A stretch of DNA of 64,000 nucleotides from Eledone cirrhosa (taxonomy: Eukaryota): positions 7,068,001 to 7,132,000 of the forward strand of contig OZ024762.1 of NCBI GenBank assembly GCA_964016885.1. The letters are read 5' to 3'. Both the position numbers and the translations under genes were made by a program. The notes under the pieces were generated by a model that was given only the letters and a program-made list of their open reading frames with translations, was not told the DNA's origin and searched no databases. Numbering within the stretch: position 1 is the stretch's first letter; every line of letters starts with the position of its first letter. This document shows positions 26,172 to 38,774 of the stretch, piece after piece.

Positions 26172-26219
26172 GAAAGCCCAACTGATGAAAAGTGTGATAA
26201 CGAATGTAAATTAACGAAG
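26172..26219 (+). CDS. candidate 48-nt internal exon of an unidentified host gene (ESPTDEKCDNECKLTK)
   Basis: Acceptor TTTCTCTTTCATTTCAG and donor AAG|GTAAGT. Multiple of 3 and open in phase 0. Confidence 0.55.
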
Positions 26220-26269
26220 GTAAGTCTTTAATTAGATTTTGCTAAATATTTCCTTTATAATGAAGGGGC

Positions 26270-26398
26270 TGAGTCCTAGGTTCAGTCGAGGGTAACCAGA
26301 GTAAGTAAGGTACTCAATACATAGTAGAGTATAATGTTTAATATAGAAATGGCTTCTACAAGACTAGAACTGTTTCATTTGAAGGAAATCATCAGGAT
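26270..26398 (-). mobile_element. diverged family F hammerhead cassette
   Basis: Aligns to 33195-33327. Minus strand reads CTGATGA..GAAACAG..TTGTA. Confidence 0.6.
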
Positions 26399-27303
26399 AT
26401 ATATATATATATATACAAACACACATATAGATATATGTACACATATATGTATCTGGTACTTACATAGAGCACTCTTCACTCCTATGACTTTTTCAATTTT
26501 CAACGGAAACTTCAATATATATATATGTATGTATGTATATGTGTTCAAAAAGAACGTGTGTGCTTAGATGTGTGTATGTGTTAGAAAAAATGTTAAACTT
26601 AAAATCTGCCCTAATTCATCAGGCCAGTGTTTGCCCTCAGATTTAATTTTCATCGGTGTTAAGCATCTGAGATTATAAAACTTCCCCCTGGACAGGACAC
26701 CAGTCCATTGCAAAGTTAACCTCACCCAACAGCTCAGCGTATGTGAAATGAACACAACATGCCGCTTGGCCCCCAGAATAAAAATCCTGACATTATGATC
26801 ATCAGTCCAACACCTTAACCCCTTAACTACGGCCATGCTTGTTTATTAGTCATAAAAATATATATCTTACTTTTATAAAAAGGAAGTCTACTCCTACTAC
26901 ACTCCTATTGACTTGTTTATGCAAATATATGTCCATCGTTTGTCATACATATGACTATCTCTCTATAAATTACTGAAGATTACAATAATTACTTAATTGT
27001 TGTGACTATTATTATCTGCTTGATTGCAGGAAATTCTTCATTATCTAAGCTGAAACATCTAAAAATTCTCAGTCTCTAATTCTCATTATTCTTGTACACA
27101 ATTCCTTGTGTTCATTAACCTCGTTAGCAATTCTTTTGAATCATTAATGTCGTTAGCAATTTATATACTATTTCTTACCCTCACTGACAATATTTCTTGT
27201 GAAGTACATTCTTTGCTTTACATTCTATTGATGCCATTTCTCTCTTGCTATGTAACTGTCTATCTATCTATGTATCTATTTATCAATTTATCTATCTATC
27301 GAC

Positions 27304-27376
<73 letters not shown>

Positions 27377-27508
27377 ATACATATATACACACATACACAC
27401 ACACACACACACATACATATGTGTGTGTGTGTAGTAAAATATTGGAGGATGTGAAAAAGGAAAAGAGTGCTCAGCCTGGTGTGAGAGCTGATATATATTA
27501 TGTTATCT

Positions 27509-28375
27509 ATTTATGTTCATACACGGAACAAAAGTGCTACCTAAGGATTCAAGGTCCAATTTTGACCATCTCCACAGATTGTAAGAGGGATCAAATTTGT
27601 GACCTAGACATCAGGCACATAGACGAGTTTGAAGATATCATTGAAAATATAGCGTCTTGAACGCTTCTTTATGAAAATGTAGTTCAAATCATTTATTTAA
27701 ACTCTAAGAATGAAATTCTTAAAGGGTGTCTACATCTCAAAGTCTATTCCTTGCTAAATGGAAACACTTAATGAATTCAACTGATTTTCAACCACCTTTA
27801 TATTGATTTCAATACTACACAATAGGGTACACCTTCTATACTACTAAACTCCATAGCTTAATATATATATAAACATCTATATATAACATACCACCACATA
27901 ATACCATACATCTGCTATATTGAATTCACACTAATGCACAAATACTAACATATCCATTTCTATTTTACACCTTTGAGTTATTTCCCATTATTATACTACA
28001 TTTACATAAAGAAGCATTTAACAGGCCATATTTTTAATGTCATCCTCAAACTTATGGAAAAAATACCAATGAATAATTCACGCATAATAATTGACAGTTT
28101 CAATGAAAAAATAAACACAATCACAAGGATATGGTCCGAACGTGGAAGAACCAAACTCCCACTGCCATTGCCTCCATCTCTCTCGCCCTCCCCATCTCTC
28201 TGTATGGTGAGCAAATGGGGTCCCACGTGCTGGCCTCCCCACAGCCCTGGCAGACAGAATGGAGAAGTCCTGATGACTGTGTAACAAATATGATCCCTCT
28301 TAGAATCTGGGGAGATGGTCAGAATTGGGCTTTGAAACATTAGGTAGTGCTTTTGTGCTGTGTATGGACATAAAT
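27509..28375. mobile_element. ~870-bp element bounded by ~95-bp imperfect inverted repeats
   Basis: 27509-27603 (ATTTATGTTCATACAC...GAGGGATCA) is the diverged reverse complement of 28281-28375. Confidence 0.6.
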
Positions 28376-28805
28376 CATCATCACCGTTTTACGTCCGTTC
28401 TTCCACGCTAGCATGGGTTAGACGGGTTGTCCTGTTGTGGGCAGTGTCCAGTCGGCTGACCTTTTCTTGATCATACAGGAAGTGATTTTGGCTTGATTTC
28501 TACAGCTGGATGCCCTTCCTAACACCAACCTCATTTACAGTGAGGGCTGGGTGCTTTTTTTTCCATGGCACCTACACGTCCACTTTACAGCGAGTGCTGG
28601 GTGCTTTTTTGCTGTGGCACCTCCACGACCACTTTACAGTGGAATGATATGGACCCCAGTCCCTATCATCTCATTCCTACAGCTGAGTAAACTGGAGCAA
28701 TGTGAAATAAAGTGTCTTGCTCAAGGAAACAACACATCACCCGGTCTGAGAATTGAACTCACAACCTTTTGATTGCCAGGCCAATGCTCTAACCACTAAG
28801 CCATG
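28376..28805 (-). mobile_element. CORE-like SINE with the full terminus of the young RTE
   Basis: Reverse complement of the SINE head and centre. The 3' end matches 54900-55115. Confidence 0.85.
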
Positions 28806-29266
28806 ATATATATATATATATCACTTACCCTTTGTCTTTTACTTTGGAAATAATCGGCTGTTTCCAGGCCTTAAAATGCCCAAGATATTGTATTTCATGA
28901 TGGCGCCACTACAGCACCATCTGAAGTGCAGGGTCCTTGCTTTCCCCACCACCTCTATACATCTCAACTGGAATTATAACCAACAGATATTTCAGTTTAT
29001 CAACTTAACTTGATGCTATGAAGATGTAAGACTCTTCATACTAAGCAAAACATGAACCATGTTATATAATATAATCTATATGAATATATGTTTCCTTAAA
29101 GAGATAAGCTTATATATACATACATGCACACATACAAACACATACACATACACACACATATATATGTATGTGTGTATAAATATATACACACATGTATGTG
29201 AAAGTTATGTTTTATATATAAATATAGAATACTACCATACACACACAAATATATATAGTACAAACA

Positions 29267-29308
<42 letters not shown>

Positions 29309-29752
29309 CAGCAGCAGGATTTTTGCGGCAGTTTTTCCATGTATGCATGGATGTTTGTGTGTGAGTAGGGTGGGGAGGAGTCATTTGTTAACAGTGTCTG
29401 TTTCATGTATATAAATATATAAATGTATGTAGATATTGATATACACAAGTGGTGTATATACATAGCTTTATAATAAGCTCACCCTAACACTATGAAAATA
29501 AAATAAACAGACATGCTTCCAATAACAGTGGCAAAAGTAACTATTTGTCAAGTACATAGATATATACACACTATACATGCTGCTATAACATGCATCTATA
29601 CACATATACATACATACATACATACAAACATATATACACACATATACATATACATATGTCTGAATAACCTCGCACAGTTTATATTTGATGCCACAATACA
29701 CAGTATGGATGATTATTAAATAAACATCATATATGCATGTGTGTGTGTAAAT

Positions 29753-30580
29753 GCAGAATGTGTACCCCCCAGCAGAATGTGTACCTCCCAGCAGAATATG
29801 TACCTCCCAGCAGAATATGTACCCCCGCCCCCAGCAGAATGTGTACCCCCGCCCCCAGCAGAATGTGTACCTCCAGCAGAATATGTACCCCCGCCCCCAG
29901 CAGAATGTGTACCACCCAGCAGAATATGTACCCCCCCCCAGCAGAATGTGTACCTCCAGCAGAATATGTACCCCCCAGCAGAATGTGTACCACCCAGCAG
30001 AATATGTACCACCCCCCAGCAGAATGTGTACCTCCCAGCAGAATATGTACACCCCCCCCCCCCCCAGTAGAATGTGTACCTCCCAGCAGAATATGTACCC
30101 CCGCCCAGCAGAATGTGTACCTCCAGCTCCAGCAGAATATGTACCCCCTCCCCCCAGCAGAATATGTACCCCCCCCAGCAGAATGTGTACCTCCAGCAGA
30201 ATATGTACCACCCCCCAGCAGAATGTGTACCTCCCAGCAGAATATGTACCCCCGCCCAGCAGAATGTGTACCTCCAGCTCCAGCAGAATATGTACCCCCT
30301 CCCCCCAGCAGAATATGTACCCCCCCCCCCAGCAGAATGTGTACCACCCACCAGAATATTATTATTATTATGGGAGAATCAACCCCAGTACAACACAGGT
30401 ACTTTATTTATGGAACTCTGCAAAAGACGACAGGCCAAACTGACTACAGTGGGATTCGAACTTGGAGTGTGGAGAACTAGAATATGTACACCCCCCCCCC
30501 CCCCCAGCAGAATGTGTACCACCCACCAGAATGTGTACCACCCACCCCCAGCAGAATGTGTACCACCCAGCAGAATATGT
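29753..30580. repeat. variable ~18-25-bp minisatellite CAGCAGAAT(G/A)TGTAC(C)n
   Basis: Visible directly. Interrupted at 30357-30483. Confidence 0.95.
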
Positions 30581-30594
30581 CTTAGTCTTAGATT

Positions 30595-30960
30595 CTTCCG
30601 CGCCGTACGGCGCATCGAGCAGTAAGTACTCGCCAACGGTCACGATCAGCGGCAACTTTTTCGAGACCGTGCCAGGTGATGTTGGCTGCCATCAGGTCCT
30701 TCCGGAACGATCGTCCACCAGGTGATCCTTGGGGAACCCCGCCTCAGTTTACCGCCAGGCGGAGTCCAGTTCATCGCTGTTTTCGAATGCCGTTCATTTG
30801 GCAGACGCAGAATATGCCGGCCAGCCAGACGGCACCGACGCTCCGTGACCCCTCTCGACTCTCTGTAGCATCCACGACTCGGCTCTCCGCAGGATCTCCT
30901 CGTTTCGCATTCAGTCGCGCCAGGACACACGAAGGATCTTTCGCAGGCACCGCTGGTAAC
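30595..30960 (-). mobile_element. RTE-clade LINE C-terminal relic
   Basis: RLAGRHILRLPNERHSKTAMNWTPPGGKLRRGSPRITW is a typical RTE C-terminus. Confidence 0.7.
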
Positions 30961-31309
30961 AGTCCATATTTAAATATCTGTTATAACAAATATTGAGTAT
31001 AATAATTTCTATCGACACCGTGCTACCTCACGACTGATGTTGTTTGGTTGTTGTTGTAAACTTAGTCAAACCTCCTCAAATAGAGAGTTATCTATAGTCA
31101 TGTGATGTCACCTGTAGTGTCTTGCTCCATTCACTAGAATATAGTAGTTTTTGTCTGTGATAATACGGAACCATTTCGCTACTTTTGCCCTCTGCTATCA
31201 TGCTGAGCCCCAGTTGATAAAACGATATAGATAATGGTCTGTACATTTTGCACAGTGCAGCTACTGAGAAAAGCAAGCTGCAAATGCACTTAACAACACC
31301 CCTGAGTAC

Positions 31310-32412
31310 CTTTTTGATTTCCATGTGTCTAACACACGTGGACATGCCCACAAAGTCAGAAAACAGCACAGTTCCCATGACTTTCGGAAACATTTTTTCA
31401 CGCTCAGAGTTGCTGAAGCATGGAACAAACTATCTGCATCAGTTGTTAGCTGTCGAGACACTGCATCCTTTAAAACCTCCATGGAACAAACTCCCTGCAT
31501 CAGTTGTTAGCTGTCGAGACACTGCATCCTTTAAAACCTCCATGGAACAAACTATCTGCATCAGTTGTTAGCTGTCGAGACACTGCATCCTTTAAAACCT
31601 CCATGGAACAAACTCCCTGCATCAGTTGTTAGCTGCCGAGACACTGCATCCTTTAAAACCTCCATGGAACAAACTCCCTGCATCAGTTGTTAGCTGCCGA
31701 GACACTGCATCCCTTAAAACCTCCATGGAACAAACTCCCTGCATCAGTTGTTAGCTGTCGAGACACTGCATCCTTTAAAACCTCCATGGAACAAACTCCC
31801 TGCATCAGTTGTTAGCTGTCGAGACACTGCATCCTTTAAAACCTCCATGGAACAAACTCCCTGCATCAGTTGTTAGCTGTCGAGACACTGCATCCTTTAA
31901 AACCTCCATGGAACAAACTATCTGCATCAGTTGTTAGCTGTCGAGACACTGCATCCTTTAAAACCTCCATGGAACAAACTCCCTGCATCAGTTGTTAGCT
32001 GCCGAGACACTGCATCCTTTAAAACCTCCATGGAACAAACTCCCTGCATCAGTTGTTAGCTGCCGAGACACTGCATCCTTTAAAACCTCCATGGAACAAA
32101 CTCCCTGCATCAGTTGTTAGCTGCCGAGACACTGCATCCTTTAAAACCTCCATGGAACAAACTCCCTGCATCAGTTGTTAGCTGCCGAGACTCTGCATCC
32201 TTTAAAACCTCCATGCTTCCCGAGATTCGCCAACACTACACCTAATGTTCTGCCTCCATACACATACACACATGTATATCATGACTCATACACTATTCAC
32301 TTCCCTGACATTTGTATATTATTCTATGTACTATACATGCACCTTTGACGAGTTGTAGTGCACCTGAACACTTTACACAATATTTTCATTATTATTATTA
32401 TTATTATTATTA
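31310..32412 (+). mobile_element. CR1-type LINE 3' end with internal tandem amplification
   Basis: TRGHAHKVRK..DFRKHFFTLRVAEAWNKL..VV...TASFK is the CR1 ORF2 C-terminal motif. 3' UTR ends in (ATT)n. Confidence 0.8.
31419..32215. repeat. 61-bp tandem array x13
   Basis: Unit CATGGAACAAACT(C/A)(C/T)CTGCATCAGTTGTTAGCTG(T/C)CGAGACACTGCATCCTTTAAAACCTC. 793 bp = 13 x 61. Confidence 0.95.
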
Positions 32413-33156
32413 TATTGTGGAAACCCTGGTCTGGGAAAATATGCAATTACCGTCATTGCTAATAACCCTTAGTAAGCACTCTGAGTACAGATTTGTTGTG
32501 TTTAATACATTCAAATCTTGTCTCCTTGAAGGAGTTGTGAGACTAACAGGGTGACTGAATATTTTTCCCTGTGGCCCTGTTTAACTTTAAACAATATGTG
32601 TGTGTGTGTGTATAAATATATGTTTCTGGTATGGCTCTGTTGTAGTAACTGGCCTTAATAATTATATTAAAACTCACCCTAGGGACTTGAGTTGCTATAT
32701 ACCTTGGATATTTCTAAAATGTATATATATATACAAGGGCGGTGCCCCAGCATGGCCTCAGCCGGATGGCTGAAACAGGTAAAAGAGTATATATATATAT
32801 ATATATATATCTATATCCAAAATTAAGATAAATCAAATGAATTTAATCTAAATCAAAATTATGGGTGTCATGCCAGAAAGACATGCGCCATATCACCCGT
32901 AAAATAAGCTCTAAGATTCTAACGAGTAGGTCCGATCACTTTATAAGAACTAGAGATTGATTAACATATAAATAAACATGAATAATCACAGGAGATAATT
33001 TTTACACATATATATATATATATATACAGGAGATAATTTTATATATATATATATACAGGAGATAATTTTATATATATATATATACAGGAGATAATTTTAT
33101 ATAGATATATATATACAGGAGATAATTTTATATATATATATATATATATACAGGAG

Positions 33157-33194
<38 letters not shown>

Positions 33195-33419
33195 GTTATT
33201 CCGGGTTGAATCGGAGGTAACCACAGTAAGTAAGGTACTCAATACATAGCAGAGTATAAAAGTTTTAATATAGATGAGATTCTACAGGACTAGAACTGTT
33301 TCATTCATTAGAAATCATCAGGAATCTGGGTATCAAAAAATATACCATTTTTATTTTTTGATACCCAGATTCCTGATGATTTCTAATGAATGAAACAGTT
33401 CTAGTCCTGTAGAATCTCA

Positions 33420-33422
<3 letters not shown>
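33195..33422. mobile_element. TA-embedded fold-back cassette, family F, with a hammerhead in each arm
   Basis: Perfect ~70-bp arms 33272-33342/33352-33422. Tail carries GGTACTCAATAC. Confidence 0.7.
33367..33417 (+). ncRNA. type I hammerhead ribozyme (mirror copy on - at 33277-33327)
   Basis: AGATTC-CTGATGA-tttc taat gaat-GAAA-cag ttctagtc ctg-TA-GAATCT. Stem I is 6 bp, stem III pairs, and the triplet is GUA. Confidence 0.75.
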
Positions 33423-33464
<42 letters not shown>

Positions 33465-33739
33465 GGAGAGGGGCGGGGGTTGCAGTCCCTAGAAAAGGAC
33501 TATAGATAGTATTTACTGAGATGATGTTGGTGCTAAAAGATGTTGGCAGGCAGTGCCCCTTTAAGACTGGTGTGGTAGTATGAGGAGAAGGAGGAGGAGG
33601 AACTGTTGATGTTCCAGTAACTACATGCAGGAGCTAGTTAGTTTCCCCTACAGTTGGGCAACAGATAAAAGGTACCACCCCTTCTCCACCCTGCTCCCTA
33701 CCCCAGCCCCCAACTACTTTCTACCCTGTTCCAAGAAAT

Positions 33740-34280
33740 CCACCACCATCACCACCACCATCATCACCACCACACCACTATCACCATCATCACCACCACA
33801 CCACCATCACCATCACCACACCACCACGGTTACCACCATCACCACCACCACCATCACCACCACACCACCATCACCACCACCACCACACCACCATCACCAC
33901 CACCATCACCACCATCACCACCACCACCACCACCATCACCACCACCACACTACCACCATCACCACCACCATCACCACCACACCACCATCACCACCACCAC
34001 ACCACCACCATCACCACCACACCATCACCACCACCACCACCATCACCACCACCACCACCATCACCACCACACCACCATCACCACCACACCACCACCATCA
34101 CCACCACACCATCACCACCACCACACCACCATCACCACCACCACACTACCACCGTCACCATCACCACCACACCATCACCACCACCACACCACCATCACCA
34201 CCACCACCACACCGCCATCACAACCACCACACCACCACCATCACCACCAGCACCACCACACCACCACGCTACTACCACTG
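33740..34280. repeat. (CAC/CAT)n tract
   Basis: Visible directly. Confidence 0.95.
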
Positions 34281-34869
34281 CTTTCTTCCTCTGCCTCTCC
34301 TCCTTCTGCCCCCCCCCTATATGATCCTCTTAAACAGTCACTATTCCTTTCCTCCCCACCCCCACTTCACTGTTTTACATTCTTACATTCTTTCTGTCTC
34401 TCTCCTCCACATCTCTATATAAACCTTCACTTCCACTTCTTCCCTTTCCCTTGACCTTCCAGAGTGGTAGGTAGGTGGATGGTTGTGCTGTATCTTGGGG
34501 AACAATCTCTCTTTCAGTTTGACCATGACAGACTGACCAACTGACCAACATACTCTAAGTGGGGTGGTTCATTCTGATCCTCAACAATGGCCCAGCTGTT
34601 GAGTTTATTCTCAGAAACAAACACATCTGCCCTAACAGTTGATTACAAAGATAGAGAAATTCATTGGTAGCTGGACATGTCAACATCACCCCTAATCTTT
34701 GCTAGCCCCTGCCCTCACCAGCTAAAGCAGTCTGCCAGGGTGTGACATTAGGAGCCAGCCAACTAGACATGTGAGTGGGTGGATGAGAACTGGTTAGCCT
34801 GTGCACCCCCAAGAAGTACACATCAAAGGTACTACCTCAACCTCGAGCTCCTTAACACTCAGTAAGGAA

Positions 34870-35043
34870 ATAATTGTTTCTACTTTTGGCACAAGGCCAG
34901 CAATTAACTCAGTGCATTACTGGTACTTTATTTTATCGACCCCGTAAAGATGAAAGGCAAAGTCAACCTCGGTGGGATTTGAACTCAGAATAACAAGGGC
35001 CGTAAGTCTATGCGTCAAAGCATGGCGTCCGACCCTCTACCAA
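34870..35043 (-). mobile_element. SINE family 2
   Basis: Reverse complement of the family sequence. Confidence 0.85.
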
Positions 35044-35069
35044 ATATTTCTCAAACACCTTCACTCTTC

Positions 35070-35470
35070 TTTTTCTTCTTCTTTGCCCAGTTATTCTTAG
35101 GAGGATCGTGGGGGCAGAGTCCTGTCAGAAGCAACCATCTCCAATTGATCCGGTTGCATCCCCCAGCCAGACCTAACCAAGTTCACAGATGTTATCCAAC
35201 TATCCTGCCAGATGTTTTTGCCTGTAAAATCTGTCCAGCGATTCTTTCTTTAGACATTCTAACCACATGTTTGAGAAGTAGTGGCTCCATCTGGAGCAGC
35301 TCTCTGATCTCCAAACTATAAACTCTATTGAGTAACATTACTCCAAAACTCTTTGGAGGAAGCTCTTTTTGGCCACTTGTTTTCATGATCGCATTCTTTT
35401 GGTCATTACCCAAGATTCATGACCATAGGTAAGGTTTGGCACCAATACCAAATTGAAGATAGCGAGTTTG
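35070..35470 (-). mobile_element. Rex3/Expander-like RTE relic
   Basis: LLNRVYSLEIRELLQMEPLLL..HVVRMSKERIA. Homologous to 42030-42645. Confidence 0.65.
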
Positions 35471-35602
35471 GCTTTTACACCTATCCCCCTCATTCTGATT
35501 ACAAAAATAAAACAAAACAAAACAAAAAAAAAAAACCACTATACTATGTCCAGTATTAAAATATATTTCTTTAAATCCAGTCCTGGATATGTCCAGTATT
35601 GA

Positions 35603-35790
35603 AATAATTGTTTCTACTTTTTGGCACAAGGCCAGCAATTATCCAGTGCATTACTGGTACTTCATTTTATCGACTCCGTAAGGATGAAAGGCAAAGTTAA
35701 CCTCGGCGGGATTTGAACTCAGAATGGCAAGGGCGGTAACTCTATGCGTCAAAGCATGGCGTCCGACCCTCTACCGATACTGCCAATCCA
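35603..35790 (-). mobile_element. SINE family 2
   Basis: Reverse complement of the family sequence. Confidence 0.85.
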
Positions 35791-36362
35791 CTAAATAATG
35801 TCTCTCTCTCCCTCTCTCGCTCTTACTCTCGCTCTCTCTCTCTCTCTTACTCTCTCTCTCTCTTACTCTCTCTCTCTCTTACTCTCTCTCTCTCTCTTAC
35901 TCTCTCTCTCTCTCTCTCACTCTCTCTCTCTCTTACTCTCTCTCTCTCTCTCTCTCTCTCACAAGCAAGAGTAGGAAGAACTTGTTCACTTTAGACAAGA
36001 AGATAGTCTCCCCTTTTTTTATTATGACTTAGTGACAGCTGTCATCAGTAAGAGAGGAGGAGAAGGAGGAGTATGTTGTAGAGTTAATGACAAATGATTT
36101 CTATCTATGTCTTTAATAGAATTCTGCTTATGGCAGCACTTAAAGACCTCACTTTAAAAATAAAACAACAAAACCATTTCCATTTCCATTTCCAAAACTA
36201 TACACAAACTGATGTCTCTATCATTTTAGATTCATTTAAAACCTCTCTTTCACCTTCCTTTTCTCACTCTCTCCCCCTCTGTTTGTCTGCCTGTCTCTCT
36301 ATCTGTCTCTTTATCTATAGGGCTCTCTCTCACCTCACCTTCCAATCTCTATTGCTCCCCCC

Positions 36363-36400
<38 letters not shown>

Positions 36401-36419
36401 TAATTATGTCTCATATAAA

Positions 36420-36602
36420 ATAATTGTTTCTACTTTAGGCACAAGGCCAGCAATTACCCAGTGCATTACTAGTACTTTATTTTATCGACCCCGTAAGGAT
36501 GAAAGGCAAAGTCAACCTCGGCGGGATTTGAACTCAGATCGTAAAGGGACGTAACTATGCTGGAAAGCATGGCGTCCGACCCTCTACCGATACTGCCAAT
36601 CC
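36420..36602 (-). mobile_element. SINE family 2
   Basis: Reverse complement of the family sequence. Confidence 0.85.
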
Positions 36603-36990
36603 ATAAAATAATACAACTGGCTATCCGCAAAATACGTATAGTTAGCATCCCAAACGTATAATTGGGATTATACTAAGGTATATCGTAATGTTTGTTGAGT
36701 GAGACGGAAGTCGGTTGGAGTATTTCTTAAAGCTTTCTCTGTTAATGTATTAAATATATATATATATATAATAGAATAATCGAGTATCGGAAAAACAGCT
36801 CACGAATTAACGATAAACAATATCCGATATGTGTGGCAGAGGGCTCAATAATTTGGATAAATCAGAGCTATAACCATCGTTAAATTACCAACACATAGAG
36901 ATTATGCCTAAAATCACCCGTACAGCCGAAAAAGAACGACCAGGAAGATTCGGGTCACTCAAATAAAATATCAATAAATCAATAATTTAA

Positions 36991-37071
36991 ATTTAAAAAA
37001 AAAAAGATTTTCCATAGTAAACTGGACTAGATTCAATATTGAAAAACTCTTGTTTTGTATCTGGAGATATG

Positions 37072-37103
<32 letters not shown>

Positions 37104-37190
37104 CATATCATATCTCCAGATACAAAACAAGAGTTTTTCAATATTGAATCTAGTCCAGTTTACTATGGAAAAATCTTTTTTTTTTTAAAT
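36991..37190. repeat. near-perfect palindrome, ~85-bp arms, (TA)n at the centre
   Basis: AAAGATTTTCCATAGTAAACTGGACTAGATTC...GGAGATATGATAT and its reverse complement. Confidence 0.85.
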
Positions 37191-37269
37191 GAATTAAAAT
37201 TTATAGCTCACACCTATTTAGATTTAGCTGACCTCCCTCAAGAGATATGGGTGGTATCACAGAGGTCTT

Positions 37270-37492
37270 TCAGGTGTTTTAATGATAGGGTGCCCCCAAT
37301 ATTGACGTTACATCTCCCACCTACTCAAGTTTAGCTGGCCTACAATGAGGTTGTGTCACATAGGAGGTTTCTCAGGTGTTTTAATGATAGGGTGCCCCCA
37401 ATATTGACGTTACATCTTCCCCCTACTCAGGTTTAGCTGGCCTACAATGAGGTTGTGTCACATAGGAGGTTTCTCAGGTGTTTTAATGATAG
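37270..37492. repeat. 102-bp tandem duplication x2.2
   Basis: TCAGGTGTTTTAATGATAGG recurs at 102-bp spacing. Confidence 0.9.
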
Positions 37493-38266
37493 GTCCTATT
37501 GTGAAAAGCAATGTGAAATGAAACATTTTGATCGAGAACAAAATGTGCCGCCACTCCAAAATTTCTACCCATCCACCACCCTGTACTGATACTATAAATT
37601 ATATTTTTGTGTATAAAACCACCCCAGAGTACAGCCATGTCTATGTAAATTACATCAGACTCAGAAGCTCCCGCGTCTTGCGACGCATGAGGCAATCATA
37701 GTGTTCCACCGCGTTTCGTCAGCAGCCAGTTGCACAGCGTCCCACCATTGTCTGTTTGTCGCTCGCAGGTCCCTCTCAACTGTCTGGCGCCAGTTCATTA
37801 AATTACATCCTTGTGTATAAAATCACCTTGGAATACAGCCATTTCGTGTATACGTAAAACTACCCGGGAGTACTCCTATGTTTATATAATTTTTTTGTAA
37901 ATTTGTACCATATTATCCAGGCTACAAATTGGCAGAGTTGTTAGAACATTGAATACTTTGCAATATTCATTCCAACTCTCTACATTCTGAGTTCAAATCC
38001 GGTCAAAGTCTTTCATCCTTTCAACATTGATAAATAAAGTACCAGTCTAGCACTTGGGTTATAAAGTACCAGTCTAGTACTTGGGTTGATTCTTCCTCTA
38101 TATATTTATTCCTTCTTTCTCTCTCTATCTTTCTCTCTCTGGAAGAAATCAGTCATGTTTAGACCTGGAAAGGAGATGGGTTCCACCAGGGTTAAAATGT
38201 CTGAGAAATGCTTTGTGTCATAACGACACTCCTACAACTCCACCAGGAGTTAAGACTCCATACATA

Positions 38267-38470
38267 CGAGGGTCGGCTGAAAAGTTCATAGGCTGACTAA
38301 GACACTCTCATGGAATGACTAAATGAGGTTTATTTTTCAACGTAGACCCTGGAAAGAAAAAATGCAGTTTTTAATAAGAAGCGTTGAAATCAATGCATGC
38401 AAAATTTCACAGCTCTAGCATCCTTTATAGTCCTTTATAGTCAGCCTATGAACTTTTCAGCCAACCCTCA
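38267..38470. mobile_element. mariner-type MITE
   Basis: ~30-bp TIR CGAGGGTCGGCTGAAAAGTTCATAGGCTGAC / GTCAGCCTATGAACTTTTCAGCCAACCCTCA with a TA TSD. Confidence 0.85.
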
Positions 38471-38774
38471 TAGATACCATGATATCCATCAAAATCTCAA
38501 TCTCTCACATATTTCAATACCAGATTTCAGTTTCTCATGACATTAAAGAATGTTAAATCAACCGGATGTTTAGCATTTTGTGTAGAAGCAGAGTCTTATC
38601 CGACTGCTTCTCAAAATATATTTGAGACAAATAACGTTAAATTACACTGATTCACAAATAACAAATATTGCCGATATATCAAATACCATTTGTAAACAAC
38701 TGTGATCACTTACATTTCCAAGGTTCATCATCATCATCATCATTGTTGCCATTTTTATGTCTGTTTTTCTACAC

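Noticed and set aside
26182-26192. CTGATGA-AAAG as a hammerhead core
   Set aside because: No stems or downstream GAAA. Better explained as part of the candidate exon.
29753-30580. Repeat-spacer appearance and PPAECV/SRICT repeat proteins
   Set aside because: The spacers are only variable poly-C runs and frames shift constantly, so this is a minisatellite.
31419-32215. CRISPR-like regular array
   Set aside because: Units are contiguous with no unique spacers, derive from a CR1 LINE, and lie in eukaryotic DNA with no cas genes.
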